Counted from the first letter of the stretch, positions 27,838 through 37,456 are shown. The stretch: DNA of 64,000 nt from Bacteriovoracia bacterium (GCA_050251055.1 JBFWNL010000002.1:320001-384000); one strand, 5' to 3'. The notes: generated from the sequence alone by a model not told the origin. Program-made: numbers and translations.

Positions 27838-30138
27838 ATGATTCATTCCGTCAGTTGTGAACTGGGTGGGAAAAAACTAACCATTGAAACCGGCAAACTC
27901 GCCAAGCAAGCCGACGGCTCCGTGCTCGTCAGCTATGGCGACACGCGCGTGCTGGTCACCGCTTGCTGCTCGCAAGAACCGAAAGTGGGGATCGACTTCT
28001 TCCCGCTGACCGTAGAATTCTCGGAGCGTTTCTACGCCGCCGGCCGCATCCCCGGCAGCTTCCACCGCCGCGAAGGCCGCCCGACGTCGGAAGCGACGCT
28101 CTCGGCCCGCTTGATCGATCGCCCGATGCGCCCGCTCTTCCCGGAAGGCTTCTACTGCGAAACCCAGATCGTCGCGACGATCCTCTCGGCCGACCTCGAG
28201 GCCGACATCGACTCCGCGGCCTCCATCGGCGCCGCGGCGGCCGTGCACATTTCCGAAATTCCCTTTAACGGCCCGACGGCCGGTTGCCGCGTAGGCCGCA
28301 TCAACGGCCAGTACGTGATCAACCCGACTTACGCCCAGCTCAAGAGCGGCGAATCGGACCTCGAAATCTTCGTCAACGGCACCTCCAAGGCCATCATGAT
28401 GGTCGAAGGTGGCGCAAAAGAAGTGAGCGAAGAAGCCGCGCTCGGCGCGATCTTGAAGGGCCACGAAGAAATCAAGAAAGTCTGTGCGATCATCGAAGAG
28501 CTGCGCAGCAAGTGCGGCAAGCCGAAGCGCAACTTCGTCGCCGCCCAAGTCGCCGCCGACATCAAGACGCAAGTCGAGAAGTTGGGCAAGGACGGCTTGA
28601 ACAAGGCTCTCCGCACGAAGGAAAAGGCCGCGCGTTACGAGCTCGTTGACGCCACCAAGAAGTCGGTCGTCGAGGCGCTCGTCACCGAAGAAATGAAGAA
28701 GGCCGATCCGGTGGCCGCCGAAGCCCGCAAGACGCAGGTAAAAGCGACCTTCGAGTTGCTCCAGTACAACCTCATGCGCCAGATGATCCTAAGCGACAAG
28801 ATCCGCATCGACGGTCGCGACACCAAGACCATCCGTCCGATCACGACGGAAGTAGGCTTGCTCCCGCGTGCTCACGGCAGCGCGCTCTTCACCCGCGGTG
28901 AAACGCAAGTTCTCTCCACGGTGACCTTGGGTACCTCGGAAGACGAGCAGATCGTCGACACGCTCCAAGAAAAGGGCTACCGCCAATTCCTGTTCCACTA
29001 CAACTTCCCGCCGTTCTCGGTCGGCGAATGTGGTCGCATGGGTGGTCAAAGCCGCCGCGAAATCGGCCACGGCGCCCTGGCGGAACGCGCGGTAAAGCAA
29101 ATCGCTCCGTCGTTCGATCAGTTCCCGTACACGGTGCGCGTGGTTTGCGAAACTTTAGAAAGCAATGGCTCGTCGTCGATGGGTTCCGTGTGCTCCGCCT
29201 CGATGGCCATGATGCACGCCGGGATCCCGATGCCGGCCCCCGTCGCGGGCATCGCGATGGGTCTGATCAAGGAAGGCGGCGACTTCGCCGTGCTGTCCGA
29301 CATCCTGGGTGACGAAGATCACCTGGGCGACATGGACTTCAAAGTCGCCGGCACGCAAAAGGGCATCACGTCCATCCAGATGGACATCAAGATCGAAGGC
29401 ATCGACGAAAAGATCATGCGCCAAGCGCTGACCCAAGCGCACGAAGGCCGCCTGCACATCCTGGGTAAGATGGCCGAGTCGATCACGCAGCCTTCGGCAG
29501 AAATGTCGATGTTCGCTCCGCGGATCACCACGCTGCAGATCCCGGTCGACAAGATCGGCGCGGTCATCGGACCGTCCGGCAAAGTCATCAAGGGCATCAT
29601 CGCCGCTACGGGTTGCAAAATCGACATCAACGACGACGGCAAGATCAACATCGCCTCGAACGATGCGGCCGCAGTGAAAGCCGCCATCGAGTCGATCCAG
29701 GGCATCACGGCCGAAGTCGAAGAAGGCAAGACGTACAAGGGCGTCGTGAAGAAGGTCGTCGATTTCGGCGCTTTCGTCGCGATCCTGCCCGGCCAGGAAG
29801 GCTTGCTCCACATCTCGGAGATCGCGCACGAGCGCGTGAACATGGTGTCGGATCATTACAAGGAAGGCGACGAAGTAGAAGTGAAGGTCATCGAAGTGGA
29901 CCCCACGGGCCGCGTACGCCTCTCGCGCCGCGCGCTCCTAGACCCGCCTCCGGGCGGCCTGCCTCCCCGCAACGATCGCCCGCCGGGCGGTGGTGATCGC
30001 GGTGGACGCGGTGGTTTCGGCGGCGGACGCGGCGGTGACCGGGGCGGCCGAGGTGGAGACCGCGGTGGACGCGGCGGCGGTGATCGCGGACCTCGAGGCG
30101 GTGACCGCGGTGATCGCGGCGGACCTCCTCGCCACTAA
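27838..30138 (+). CDS. pnp: Polyribonucleotide nucleotidyltransferase with RGG-rich tail
   Basis: FFPLTVE, RREIGHG, ESNGSSSM, DHLGDMDFKVAGT, KH and S1 domains; rpsO-pnp synteny. Confidence 0.98.
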   Translation: MIHSVSCELGGKKLTIETGKLAKQADGSVLVSYGDTRVLVTACCSQEPKVGIDFFPLTVEFSERFYAAGRIPGSFHRREGRPTSEATLSARLIDRPMRPLFPEGFYCETQIVATILSADLEADIDSAASIGAAAAVHISEIPFNGPTAGCRVGRINGQYVINPTYAQLKSGESDLEIFVNGTSKAIMMVEGGAKEVSEEAALGAILKGHEEIKKVCAIIEELRSKCGKPKRNFVAAQVAADIKTQVEKLGKDGLNKALRTKEKAARYELVDATKKSVVEALVTEEMKKADPVAAEARKTQVKATFELLQYNLMRQMILSDKIRIDGRDTKTIRPITTEVGLLPRAHGSALFTRGETQVLSTVTLGTSEDEQIVDTLQEKGYRQFLFHYNFPPFSVGECGRMGGQSRREIGHGALAERAVKQIAPSFDQFPYTVRVVCETLESNGSSSMGSVCSASMAMMHAGIPMPAPVAGIAMGLIKEGGDFAVLSDILGDEDHLGDMDFKVAGTQKGITSIQMDIKIEGIDEKIMRQALTQAHEGRLHILGKMAESITQPSAEMSMFAPRITTLQIPVDKIGAVIGPSGKVIKGIIAATGCKIDINDDGKINIASNDAAAVKAAIESIQGITAEVEEGKTYKGVVKKVVDFGAFVAILPGQEGLLHISEIAHERVNMVSDHYKEGDEVEVKVIEVDPTGRVRLSRRALLDPPPGGLPPRNDRPPGGGDRGGRGGFGGGRGGDRGGRGGDRGGRGGGDRGPRGGDRGDRGGPPRH
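29985..30125 (+). repeat. GGDR/RGG low-complexity repeats at the PNPase C-terminus
   Basis: GGGDRGGRGGFGGGRGGDRGGRGGDRGGRGGGDRGPRGGDRGDRGG. Confidence 0.85.
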
Positions 30139-30171
30139 ACTTCTAGAACCTTTCGCGGATATTTAAAATAG

Positions 30172-30212
30172 AACGGCCGGTCCATCTTGCGATGAACCGG
30201 CCGTTTGTATTT
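30172..30212. terminator. Terminator hairpin between pnp and the convergent gene
   Basis: AACGGCCGGT-CCATC-TTGC-GATGA-ACCGGCCGTT with AT-rich flanks. Confidence 0.75.
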
Positions 30213-30228
30213 TAAGTTCTGAAGGAAC

Positions 30229-30711
30229 TTACTTCTTCTTCTTTTCGGCCGTGCAGACGACCTGGTAGTAAACCTCATCGTCGACGATTAGGGTGGCCCC
30301 TAGCGTCTTGGCGTCGAGGGCCACGCGGCTCGAAGAAAACCGGTCGAACAGGGGGCTGTCCTTAATGAATTCTCCCACCACCATATAATTCGTCTTTCCA
30401 TTCTTAAGGGCTTCGCGCTCCAGCGGGTCGAGCTCGTTGATGTTAGCAACAAAGAGCATGCCGTCGGAGAACGTCACGCCCAGGCTCCAATGATTCGCGC
30501 CCCGGCAAAACTTCTCGCCATCCGGCAGGACCTGGAACACGCCCGTTTCCTTCCCTTCCCGGTCCCACTTCCCTTCGGCGTTGCGCTGAATACGGATGCC
30601 CACGCAGGTGTTCAGCGGCGAACAATCGTCCTTCGGAGCGGCGAACGCATTCGTCGCACCTAACGCGGAAACCACCAAACCAAATACTCCCCATTGCTTC
30701 GCTAACTTCAT
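30229..30711 (-). CDS. Secreted hypothetical protein
   Basis: GGAG SD before ATG 30711; signal peptide ending NAFA. Confidence 0.75.
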   Translation of the reverse strand: MKLAKQWGVFGLVVSALGATNAFAAPKDDCSPLNTCVGIRIQRNAEGKWDREGKETGVFQVLPDGEKFCRGANHWSLGVTFSDGMLFVANINELDPLEREALKNGKTNYMVVGEFIKDSPLFDRFSSSRVALDAKTLGATLIVDDEVYYQVVCTAEKKKK

Positions 30712-30802
30712 TTTTTCTCCTTTTTTTACCCAATCGATTCGCCGCTTATGCGTCAAACTGATGCACAACGTCAATATCTCTTTACTAGATATTATAATTA
30801 TA

Positions 30803-30819
30803 TTATAACAACGTTATAA
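30803..30819. promoter_or_regulatory. Putative TetR operator
   Basis: Inverted repeat TTATAAC-AAC-GTTATAA in the AT-rich divergent region, overlapping the start of the tetR SD. Confidence 0.5.
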
Positions 30820-30828
30820 GGAGGTCCG

Positions 30829-31413
30829 ATGCGGAATTCTACCGCCGAAACGATCGTTAAACGCGCCGTCTTCTGTTTCGCCAAACGTGGCTTTGAAGCC
30901 GCTTCGTTCGACTACATCGCCAAGGAAGCGGGGGTCAGCCGGCCGCTGGTCACCCACTATTTCAAACGTAAACACGACCTTTTCGTGGCCTGCGTACATT
31001 ACGTGGGCGGTCACGCTCAAGCCTCGACGGAAAAGAACCTGGTCCAAGTCGAACCCCATCCTTGGGAATATCTACGCGCCTACGTCCACGCCAGCTTTAG
31101 CTGGGCTGAGCAGCACCCCGACCACTTCCGTTTTTGGGTCGTCTTCGGCCTGCACTGCACGTGGGACCGCGAACTTCGAAAAATCAACGAGGGCTTTAAA
31201 CGGGCGGGACGCGAGCGCCTAGCCAAGATCCTACGGGGCGGGGAAAAGTCGGGAGTTTTCAAGATCGACTCCCGCCTAGGAGTTTCCAAAACGACCCAGT
31301 TGTTGCATGACCTGCTCTACTCGCGCGTGATCGCCTTCGCGACCGAAGCGGAAATCCCTTCCCGCTCCGCGGCGGCGGAGATTGAGCTCGTGTTCGAGAA
31401 AATCCTTTTTTAG
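30829..31413 (+). CDS. TetR/AcrR-family regulator
   Basis: FAKRGFEAASFDYIAKEAGVSRPLVTHYFKRKHDLF; strong AAGGAGG SD. Confidence 0.92.
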   Translation: MRNSTAETIVKRAVFCFAKRGFEAASFDYIAKEAGVSRPLVTHYFKRKHDLFVACVHYVGGHAQASTEKNLVQVEPHPWEYLRAYVHASFSWAEQHPDHFRFWVVFGLHCTWDRELRKINEGFKRAGRERLAKILRGGEKSGVFKIDSRLGVSKTTQLLHDLLYSRVIAFATEAEIPSRSAAAEIELVFEKILF

Positions 31414-31416
31414 CCG

Positions 31417-32658
31417 CTACATTCCCAAACGAGCCTTAATCTCGGTCAAACTCCCGCGCATCACGTGGGCTGCCTGCGTCTGCGCGGAAAGCTCCGGTGA
31501 TTCCTTCATTCCGTAGGCCCCCTGATACACGCGGGCGCCGGCGCGATCCGTCTCGGCATAGAGGGTCACCTGCCGTCCCGGCCACGCACGCTCGATGGCG
31601 ACGACGGCGTCGGCGATCAGCTTGCGCCGCGCCTCGGTCCCAAGTTCGGGATCAAAGAAGAAGCGTCCGAGCTCCACCACGATTTCGCCCTCGGCGCGCG
31701 GTACGCGAAAGCCATGCTTGAGTTCGAACTCCAAAGGCTCCTCGGCGTTTTCCGAGCGCAATATTCTCAGGAATCCCAAGGTGTCGCCTGAACCCGGGAA
31801 CGTCTTGCCATCGATGGGATTTCGGGACATGACCACGAACTGGCTGCGCTCCAGTAACTGGGCCTCCAGCTCCGCCATTTGCGCCGTAGTTTTGGCGGGC
31901 AAACCGCGGCGATCGACATAAGTGCGATGTACGGCACTCAAACCAAAGACCGTCTCCAAAAAGGGACGAGCGGCCGCCTCCACGCTCTGCTGGCTTTGTT
32001 CTATCGTAATGTTCTGGGCCTGAGCGGCTTCCCTTCCGATGGGCAGGTCCCGCACCTGGGCTTCCAGTAAACGTAACGTGCGCAATTGTTCGGGATCGAC
32101 CGAGTAAATATAAGCGGGGATGGCTACACCCGAGCGAAGCGTAACGGGGGTCGAGCGGCCAACACAAGTCCGCGCGGGTATCTGCGGAAGCAGGTCGAGG
32201 TTCACGGTGCGTTCGAGATACGCGCGCGCCACCGCCGCCTTGGTTGGGTCAGCGTCCACGATGTCTCTCATCATCTTTTCAAAGTCGGCCTGGGTCACGG
32301 GCGCCCGGCGCATCTCTTCGAGCATCGAGGCTAACGCCGGAAAATCGAGATAGATGGGCTGCGAATCGGCTGGCCAGGATGGCGCCGCCATTCGCGCGCG
32401 CAGTCCTGCGATGAACTCTCGCAGCACGCGTTCGCGCAATTCCCGCGTCAGCTCCGTGACCAAACAACCGCTGCGCGCACTCCCCGCCCGGGAGGGTTCT
32501 CCCCAAACTTCCGGTACGGCCACGGCCGACGCGGCGGTAAGCAGGATGAAAATAGATCCCCAAAGTTTCACGCCTTTCGTATCGGCATCGGGAGGGACTT
32601 TCAGAAATCTGGCGAAAGTCTGGAGCCGGCCTGTCCCCGACTTTTGTACTTTTTTCAT
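31417..32658 (-). CDS. Membrane-anchored hypothetical protein with possible C-terminal GNAT-like (FeeM/LuxI-like) domain
   Basis: N-terminal hydrophobic helix; LGFLRIL..PLEFE..IVVELGRF..ARVY..YGM pattern. Confidence 0.5.
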   Translation of the reverse strand: MKKVQKSGTGRLQTFARFLKVPPDADTKGVKLWGSIFILLTAASAVAVPEVWGEPSRAGSARSGCLVTELTRELRERVLREFIAGLRARMAAPSWPADSQPIYLDFPALASMLEEMRRAPVTQADFEKMMRDIVDADPTKAAVARAYLERTVNLDLLPQIPARTCVGRSTPVTLRSGVAIPAYIYSVDPEQLRTLRLLEAQVRDLPIGREAAQAQNITIEQSQQSVEAAARPFLETVFGLSAVHRTYVDRRGLPAKTTAQMAELEAQLLERSQFVVMSRNPIDGKTFPGSGDTLGFLRILRSENAEEPLEFELKHGFRVPRAEGEIVVELGRFFFDPELGTEARRKLIADAVVAIERAWPGRQVTLYAETDRAGARVYQGAYGMKESPELSAQTQAAHVMRGSLTEIKARLGM

Positions 32659-32932
32659 GATTTATCTGACTGAAACACTAAATTATTATTCTTCGGTCAT
32701 GTTTTTTTCTGCTTTAACTATTTGTATTTATTATATAAAAAATTTTGACACATATGGTCATTGACAGGCTATATCGTCCATGCGAAAAGTAAGCTCGCAT
32801 TTAGTACATCATAGCGATTTAGCCCGGAGAGTCCCGCTTTGAGCTGAATCGGTGATGGCGAAGAACAGCAGATGTTAAACCTAAAAACCCCGACCCGAAA
32901 TGGTTGGTAACGAAGATGGGGAAAAAGTTCGT

Positions 32933-33781
32933 ATGAAGAAAGTCAGCAGCAGCATCATCGCAGTAGCCGTGGCAATGCAATGGGTGGCGGGAGCCGCATT
33001 TGCCGCCGAGACCTCTACTGCAACCAAGAGCTCGATCTGGTCCAAGTTTTCCGGCGGTTACTCCGGCGCCTTCTACGGCCCGTCGCTCGGTAACTTCAGC
33101 AGCCCCTATCAGCCGGACGCCGAAGGCAACAGCAACGAAAAGACCGGTAAGCTCCTGCTCGAAAACTCGGTCTCCATCAATTATCAAATCGACTCGAAGG
33201 TCAAAGTTTACGTCAACCCCCGCTTCAATTTTTTCCCGGTAAAGGGCGGCGATTTCGTGATCAAGAATACCCGCATGGGTATCAAGATGGCGAACGCGAT
33301 CGAGCGCGGCAACTTCAAGCTTTCCTCGATCAACTTCACGCTCGAAGTCCCGACCTCCAAGCTTTCCCTGGATAAGGGCTTGATCGTGGCTCCGGGCTCC
33401 TTCTCGATCGTCACTTACAAGCTTGGCGAGAACAGCCGCTGGACGCTCGGCAGCTACAACGATTTCCGCTTCTACTTCTGGAGCGCGGCACCGGACTCCG
33501 AATACCTGGGCAACACCCGCTCGTTCGCGGGCCTGCTCTCCCCGTTCCTGTCCTACTCCGTGTCGGATCAGTTCGGCGTGGAATTCCGCATGGCGGCTTC
33601 CACCCAATACAATCGCGGCGAAGGCTTCTCGGAGCTCGACCCCAAGAACCTCGCGCTCGCGCTCAACATCGACGTGATCCCAAAGTGGACGCTCGTGCCG
33701 ACCCTGACCGTGTTCCCGTGGAACACCGTCACCTGGGATTCCATGCAAGTGGGTCTCGAAATCTACGGCAGCTTGTTCTAA
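32933..33781 (+). CDS. Probable outer-membrane beta-barrel protein
   Basis: Signal peptide ending AFA; amphipathic strands; C-terminal F; strongly biased codons. Confidence 0.75.
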   Translation: MKKVSSSIIAVAVAMQWVAGAAFAAETSTATKSSIWSKFSGGYSGAFYGPSLGNFSSPYQPDAEGNSNEKTGKLLLENSVSINYQIDSKVKVYVNPRFNFFPVKGGDFVIKNTRMGIKMANAIERGNFKLSSINFTLEVPTSKLSLDKGLIVAPGSFSIVTYKLGENSRWTLGSYNDFRFYFWSAAPDSEYLGNTRSFAGLLSPFLSYSVSDQFGVEFRMAASTQYNRGEGFSELDPKNLALALNIDVIPKWTLVPTLTVFPWNTVTWDSMQVGLEIYGSLF

Positions 33782-33803
33782 TCACGTAAAACGCTTTGTT
33801 TCC

Positions 33804-33843
33804 AAAACGCCCAAGCCCAAAAGCTTGGGCGTTTTTGTTTTTT
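33804..33843 (+). terminator. Intrinsic terminator
   Basis: AAAACGCCCAAGC-CCAAAA-GCTTGGGCGTTTT plus T tract. Confidence 0.85.
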
Positions 33844-33964
33844 GGCTACTCAGCCCCAAGATGCGGGCGCCCAGTGGGCATTTTTTTCCGCGCGGCCGCA
33901 CCGAAATTCGTTTAGCCAAATTTATATTTAGGATGACCCGCGTCCCCCTGCTTATAATGGGAAT

Positions 33965-34843
33965 ATGCAGAAGTGGTGGGTTAAGACCGCCGACGGCAAG
34001 GACCTCGGCCCCCTGACACTTGAAGAAATCCAATCGCGACTGGTCGGCGGCGAAATCAGCAAGGACGATCTACTTTCGCAGGTCCCCGGACAGGGGGGCG
34101 TCCGCGTCCAAGAGTTCCTCTTGAGCACGATCAATCCCACGCCTTCCTCCGCTCCCTTGGTGGAGCCGGAGTTCAAAAAGCTTTCGACCGATTCACTGGT
34201 GCAGCTTTTCGACACCTTACAAAAAGCTTCCCACGCCGAACGGCACTCCCGTCACCTGCCGCCGGCGAGCACCCTGAAGGATCCCGAAACGGTGGAGCCC
34301 AAAGTTCGGGTTTTCAATTTGAAGATCGCGACCTACACCGCGATCGTGGTTTTCGCGGGCTTCAGTGTCTGGGGCCTAGGCAAGATGTTGAGCATGATGA
34401 GGGGCAGCCCTACCTCCCCCACGGCGCAGGTCGAAGCGGATCACGGGACGACCGAGACGAGTAAACCCGCAGTCATCCACACGCCTCCACCGAGCAAACC
34501 AAAAGTCGTGGGCTTTCCCCATGCTTCTCCGCCCTCAGCCTTCCGACCTTTGCCCACCGCGCGTCCTCCCCGGATCAACCGCCCCTCCGGGGCCACAACG
34601 CCAAGTCCGGTGGAGAAACCCGCGGATAACCCGTTGGACCCCTTCCCAGAATCACATGACGACCCGCCACCGGAAGAACCGATGCATAATGATGCACCGA
34701 GTGATACTGGGGGCGAAGACCTCCAACCCATGGACACCGATCCGATCGGAACCCCTCCCGGAGCCACGGATTCTCCCCACTTGGGCACGCCCCCGGTGCC
34801 ACCGCCGAATCCTAACGTAGACGATCAACAACCCATTGACTGA
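33965..34843 (+). CDS. GYF_2/DUF4339-domain membrane protein with Pro-rich tail
   Basis: WWVKTADGKDLGPLTLEEIQSRLVGGEISKDD; one TM; Pro/Asp-rich C-terminus. Confidence 0.75.
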   Translation: MQKWWVKTADGKDLGPLTLEEIQSRLVGGEISKDDLLSQVPGQGGVRVQEFLLSTINPTPSSAPLVEPEFKKLSTDSLVQLFDTLQKASHAERHSRHLPPASTLKDPETVEPKVRVFNLKIATYTAIVVFAGFSVWGLGKMLSMMRGSPTSPTAQVEADHGTTETSKPAVIHTPPPSKPKVVGFPHASPPSAFRPLPTARPPRINRPSGATTPSPVEKPADNPLDPFPESHDDPPPEEPMHNDAPSDTGGEDLQPMDTDPIGTPPGATDSPHLGTPPVPPPNPNVDDQQPID

Positions 34844-34871
34844 GGCCCCCGCCACGGCATAACCCTAAGGA

Positions 34872-35546
34872 GTGGCTGGATTATTTATTACTTTCGAGGG
34901 CACCGAAGGCGCCGGTAAATCAACCCTCATTCGGCGATTCGCCGATATCCTAGAGCAAAAACAGCATCGGGTGACCATTACCCGGGAGCCGGGTGGCATT
35001 ACCCTGGCCGAGGAGATTCGCAAAGTCATCCTCAACAACCAGATGGCGCCCCGGACCGAGCTCTTTCTCTATGAAGCCGCCCGCAGCGAGCACCTGGATA
35101 AGGTCGTGGTGCCCGCCCTAGAACGTGGCGATGTGGTGCTTTGCGATCGCTTCACTGATTCCTCCCTCGCCTATCAAAGTCACGCGCGCGGTTTACCTTG
35201 GCAAGACGTGAAGCAGGCCAACCGACTCGCCACGGGGGGAACCCAACCGCAGCTCACAGTGCTGCTCGACATCGATCCCGAAACGGGGCTGCGCCGGGCC
35301 GTTGAGCAAACCCGTTTCGAGGCGGAAGGCGTCGTGTTTCAAACGAAGGTGCGCCAGGGCTTCCTGAAATCCCGCTCCGAGAATCCGAAACGCTGGCTGG
35401 TGCTTAAGGTGGAGGGACGTACACCGGACGAGCTTGCCGACCAGGTTTGGCGCGCCGTCGAAAAACGATTTTTCTCCGCGAAGGCAAAGACGAAACGAAT
35501 CAAAAAAATGCGAAAGACCCATGGCCAGAAAAAAAACCGCCGCTAA
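34872..35546 (+). CDS. tmk: Thymidylate kinase
   Basis: FITFEGTEGAGKST, TREPGG, LCDRFTDSSLAYQ. Confidence 0.96.
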   Translation: MAGLFITFEGTEGAGKSTLIRRFADILEQKQHRVTITREPGGITLAEEIRKVILNNQMAPRTELFLYEAARSEHLDKVVVPALERGDVVLCDRFTDSSLAYQSHARGLPWQDVKQANRLATGGTQPQLTVLLDIDPETGLRRAVEQTRFEAEGVVFQTKVRQGFLKSRSENPKRWLVLKVEGRTPDELADQVWRAVEKRFFSAKAKTKRIKKMRKTHGQKKNRR

Positions 35547-36696
35547 GACCGTCGCCGAAGCCGGACTCTTACCGGTACCAGAGCCGATCTGGACTCATCA
35601 CGCCGAGATCATCGAACCCCTCATGAAGCAGTGGCAGACCCAGAAACGCGCGGCCCCGGTGATCTTGCTGACCGGTCCCCGGGGCATCGGCAAGCGCCAA
35701 ATCGTACACGGGCTGGCGCAGTGGTTGCTTTGCGATCGCGCGGGATTCCTGAACGCAGGAGAAAGCGCGAATGGCGAGGAAGGCCCCGGCCTCTTCGGTG
35801 ACGCGCTCTTCGCGCCGCCGCCTAGCGCGACTTCCTCCGAACCCAGCCTAAAAGCGTGTGGCGAGTGCGCAAACTGCAAGCGCGCCCTGGATGGGCAATG
35901 GTTGGACTTCACCGAAATCGGCCCCGAAGCCACGACCGAGGGCGCGGCCGGTTCGATCAAGCTCGATCAATTCGACGATCTGAAACGCTCACAGGGATTC
36001 GGCGCTTCCCGGGGAGCCTTCAAAATCACCTTCATTCGCGACGCCGAAGCCATGACCGCCAGCGCCGCGAACTCCCTGCTGAAGCTGCTGGAGGAACCGC
36101 CCCCGGGTTGGATCTTTTTTCTCACGGCGAACGACGCCCAGCTGCTCCTCCCCACCCTGGTCTCCCGCTGCCAGCGCGTGCGGCTCACGCCGCTACCAAA
36201 ATTCGCGCTCACGCAGTTACTTCAAACGCAAGGCGTGGACGCCTCCCGCGTCCCGATCTGCGCGAACCTCGCGCATGGCAGCCTGAGCAAGGCGCTCGCC
36301 CTGGCCGAAGACACCGTGTGGGAAAAACGAACGACGCTCTTTCGCTTTCTTGACGATCCTGGCTCCCAAACCGCCGAGCTGGTGGACTGGGGCGCCGAAA
36401 GCGCGGCGAACCTCGCCCTGCTACTCGACCAGTGGGAAGGCGTAGTGAATGATCTGGTCCAATGGAGCGTGCACACCCAGGCGGGGCAACCCTACGCCTG
36501 GATTAACGTCGACGGGCAACGCTCGCTCACCCAATGTGTGACCCGAACGGGCGCGACCAACCCCGCCGCTTTTCGCGACTTCTGGCTCGCGCGCGCGCGC
36601 GCGGTCGCCCAAACCCGCATGAAAATGCACGCCCCGCTGAACCGCAAGATCCTGGTGCAAGACCTGCTGCTGCCCCACCTAGGCCCCCGAGGATAG
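35521..36696 (+). CDS. holB: DNA polymerase III delta' subunit
   Basis: GPRGIGK, CGECANC, AANSLLKLLEEPP, LLPTLVSRC; tmk-holB synteny. Confidence 0.92.
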   Translation: MARKKTAAKTVAEAGLLPVPEPIWTHHAEIIEPLMKQWQTQKRAAPVILLTGPRGIGKRQIVHGLAQWLLCDRAGFLNAGESANGEEGPGLFGDALFAPPPSATSSEPSLKACGECANCKRALDGQWLDFTEIGPEATTEGAAGSIKLDQFDDLKRSQGFGASRGAFKITFIRDAEAMTASAANSLLKLLEEPPPGWIFFLTANDAQLLLPTLVSRCQRVRLTPLPKFALTQLLQTQGVDASRVPICANLAHGSLSKALALAEDTVWEKRTTLFRFLDDPGSQTAELVDWGAESAANLALLLDQWEGVVNDLVQWSVHTQAGQPYAWINVDGQRSLTQCVTRTGATNPAAFRDFWLARARAVAQTRMKMHAPLNRKILVQDLLLPHLGPRG

Positions 36697-36706
36697 TCGA
36701 CGCGAG

Positions 36707-37456
36707 ATGCCCCACGAAATGCTTAGTGTCCAGGGAGTCGGCAAATGTTTTCAGGAGCGTTGGATCTTCCGAAACGTGGACCTCCATATCCGCGACGGCG
36801 AATCGGTGGCGCTGATCGGTCCCTCGGGAGGAGGCAAGAGCGTCCTGCTCAAGACGATCGCGGGCCTGTTGACGCCGGACGAAGGGCGGATTGAGATTGG
36901 CACCGAGAACGTAGGAATGCTCTTCCAGAAAAACGCCCTTTTTGACTCGATGACGGTGGAGGAAAACCTTCTGTTCCCGCTGAAAGAACGCCTAGGCATC
37001 GTGGGCGAAGAGGCGCGGCGGCGCGCAGCCGATTTTCTAGATCGGGTGAATCTGAGCGGCAACGAAAGCCTTTATCCCGACGAAATCTCCGGTGGCATGC
37101 AGAAGCGCCTGGGCATTGCCCGCGCGCTGATCGTCGAGCCCAAGCTCATTCTCTATGACGAGCCCACGGCAGGGTTGGACCCGGTCACCTCCCGCGTCAT
37201 CGCCGAGATGATCCAACACCTCCGCGAGCGCGTGGGTAGCACGCTGCTTACGGTCACGAACGACGTGCAGCGGGCCTATCAGCTAGGCGATCGCATCTGC
37301 ATGCTGGCGTTAGGAGAGCTAAAGGACGGTGGCACCGCCGCCGAGGTAAAACGTTCGCGGGATCCGGTGATCCGCCAGTTCGTCCACGGACTCAAGCAGG
37401 GTCCGCTTTCCCCGGACGCTCGCTTACCCGCGGAAAACGACGGAGCGGAAGCATGA
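36707..37456 (+). CDS. MlaF/Mkl-like ABC ATPase, copy 1 (H-loop His replaced by Asn)
   Basis: GPSGGGKS, GMLFQKNALFDS, ISGGMQKR, YDEPTAGLDP, VTND. Confidence 0.88.
   Translation: MPHEMLSVQGVGKCFQERWIFRNVDLHIRDGESVALIGPSGGGKSVLLKTIAGLLTPDEGRIEIGTENVGMLFQKNALFDSMTVEENLLFPLKERLGIVGEEARRRAADFLDRVNLSGNESLYPDEISGGMQKRLGIARALIVEPKLILYDEPTAGLDPVTSRVIAEMIQHLRERVGSTLLTVTNDVQRAYQLGDRICMLALGELKDGGTAAEVKRSRDPVIRQFVHGLKQGPLSPDARLPAENDGAEA

Noticed and set aside
30786-30815. ATAA-spacer-TTAT resembling a dif site
   Set aside because: Spacer is 5 nt rather than 6 and there is no XerD arm; better explained as promoter and operator.
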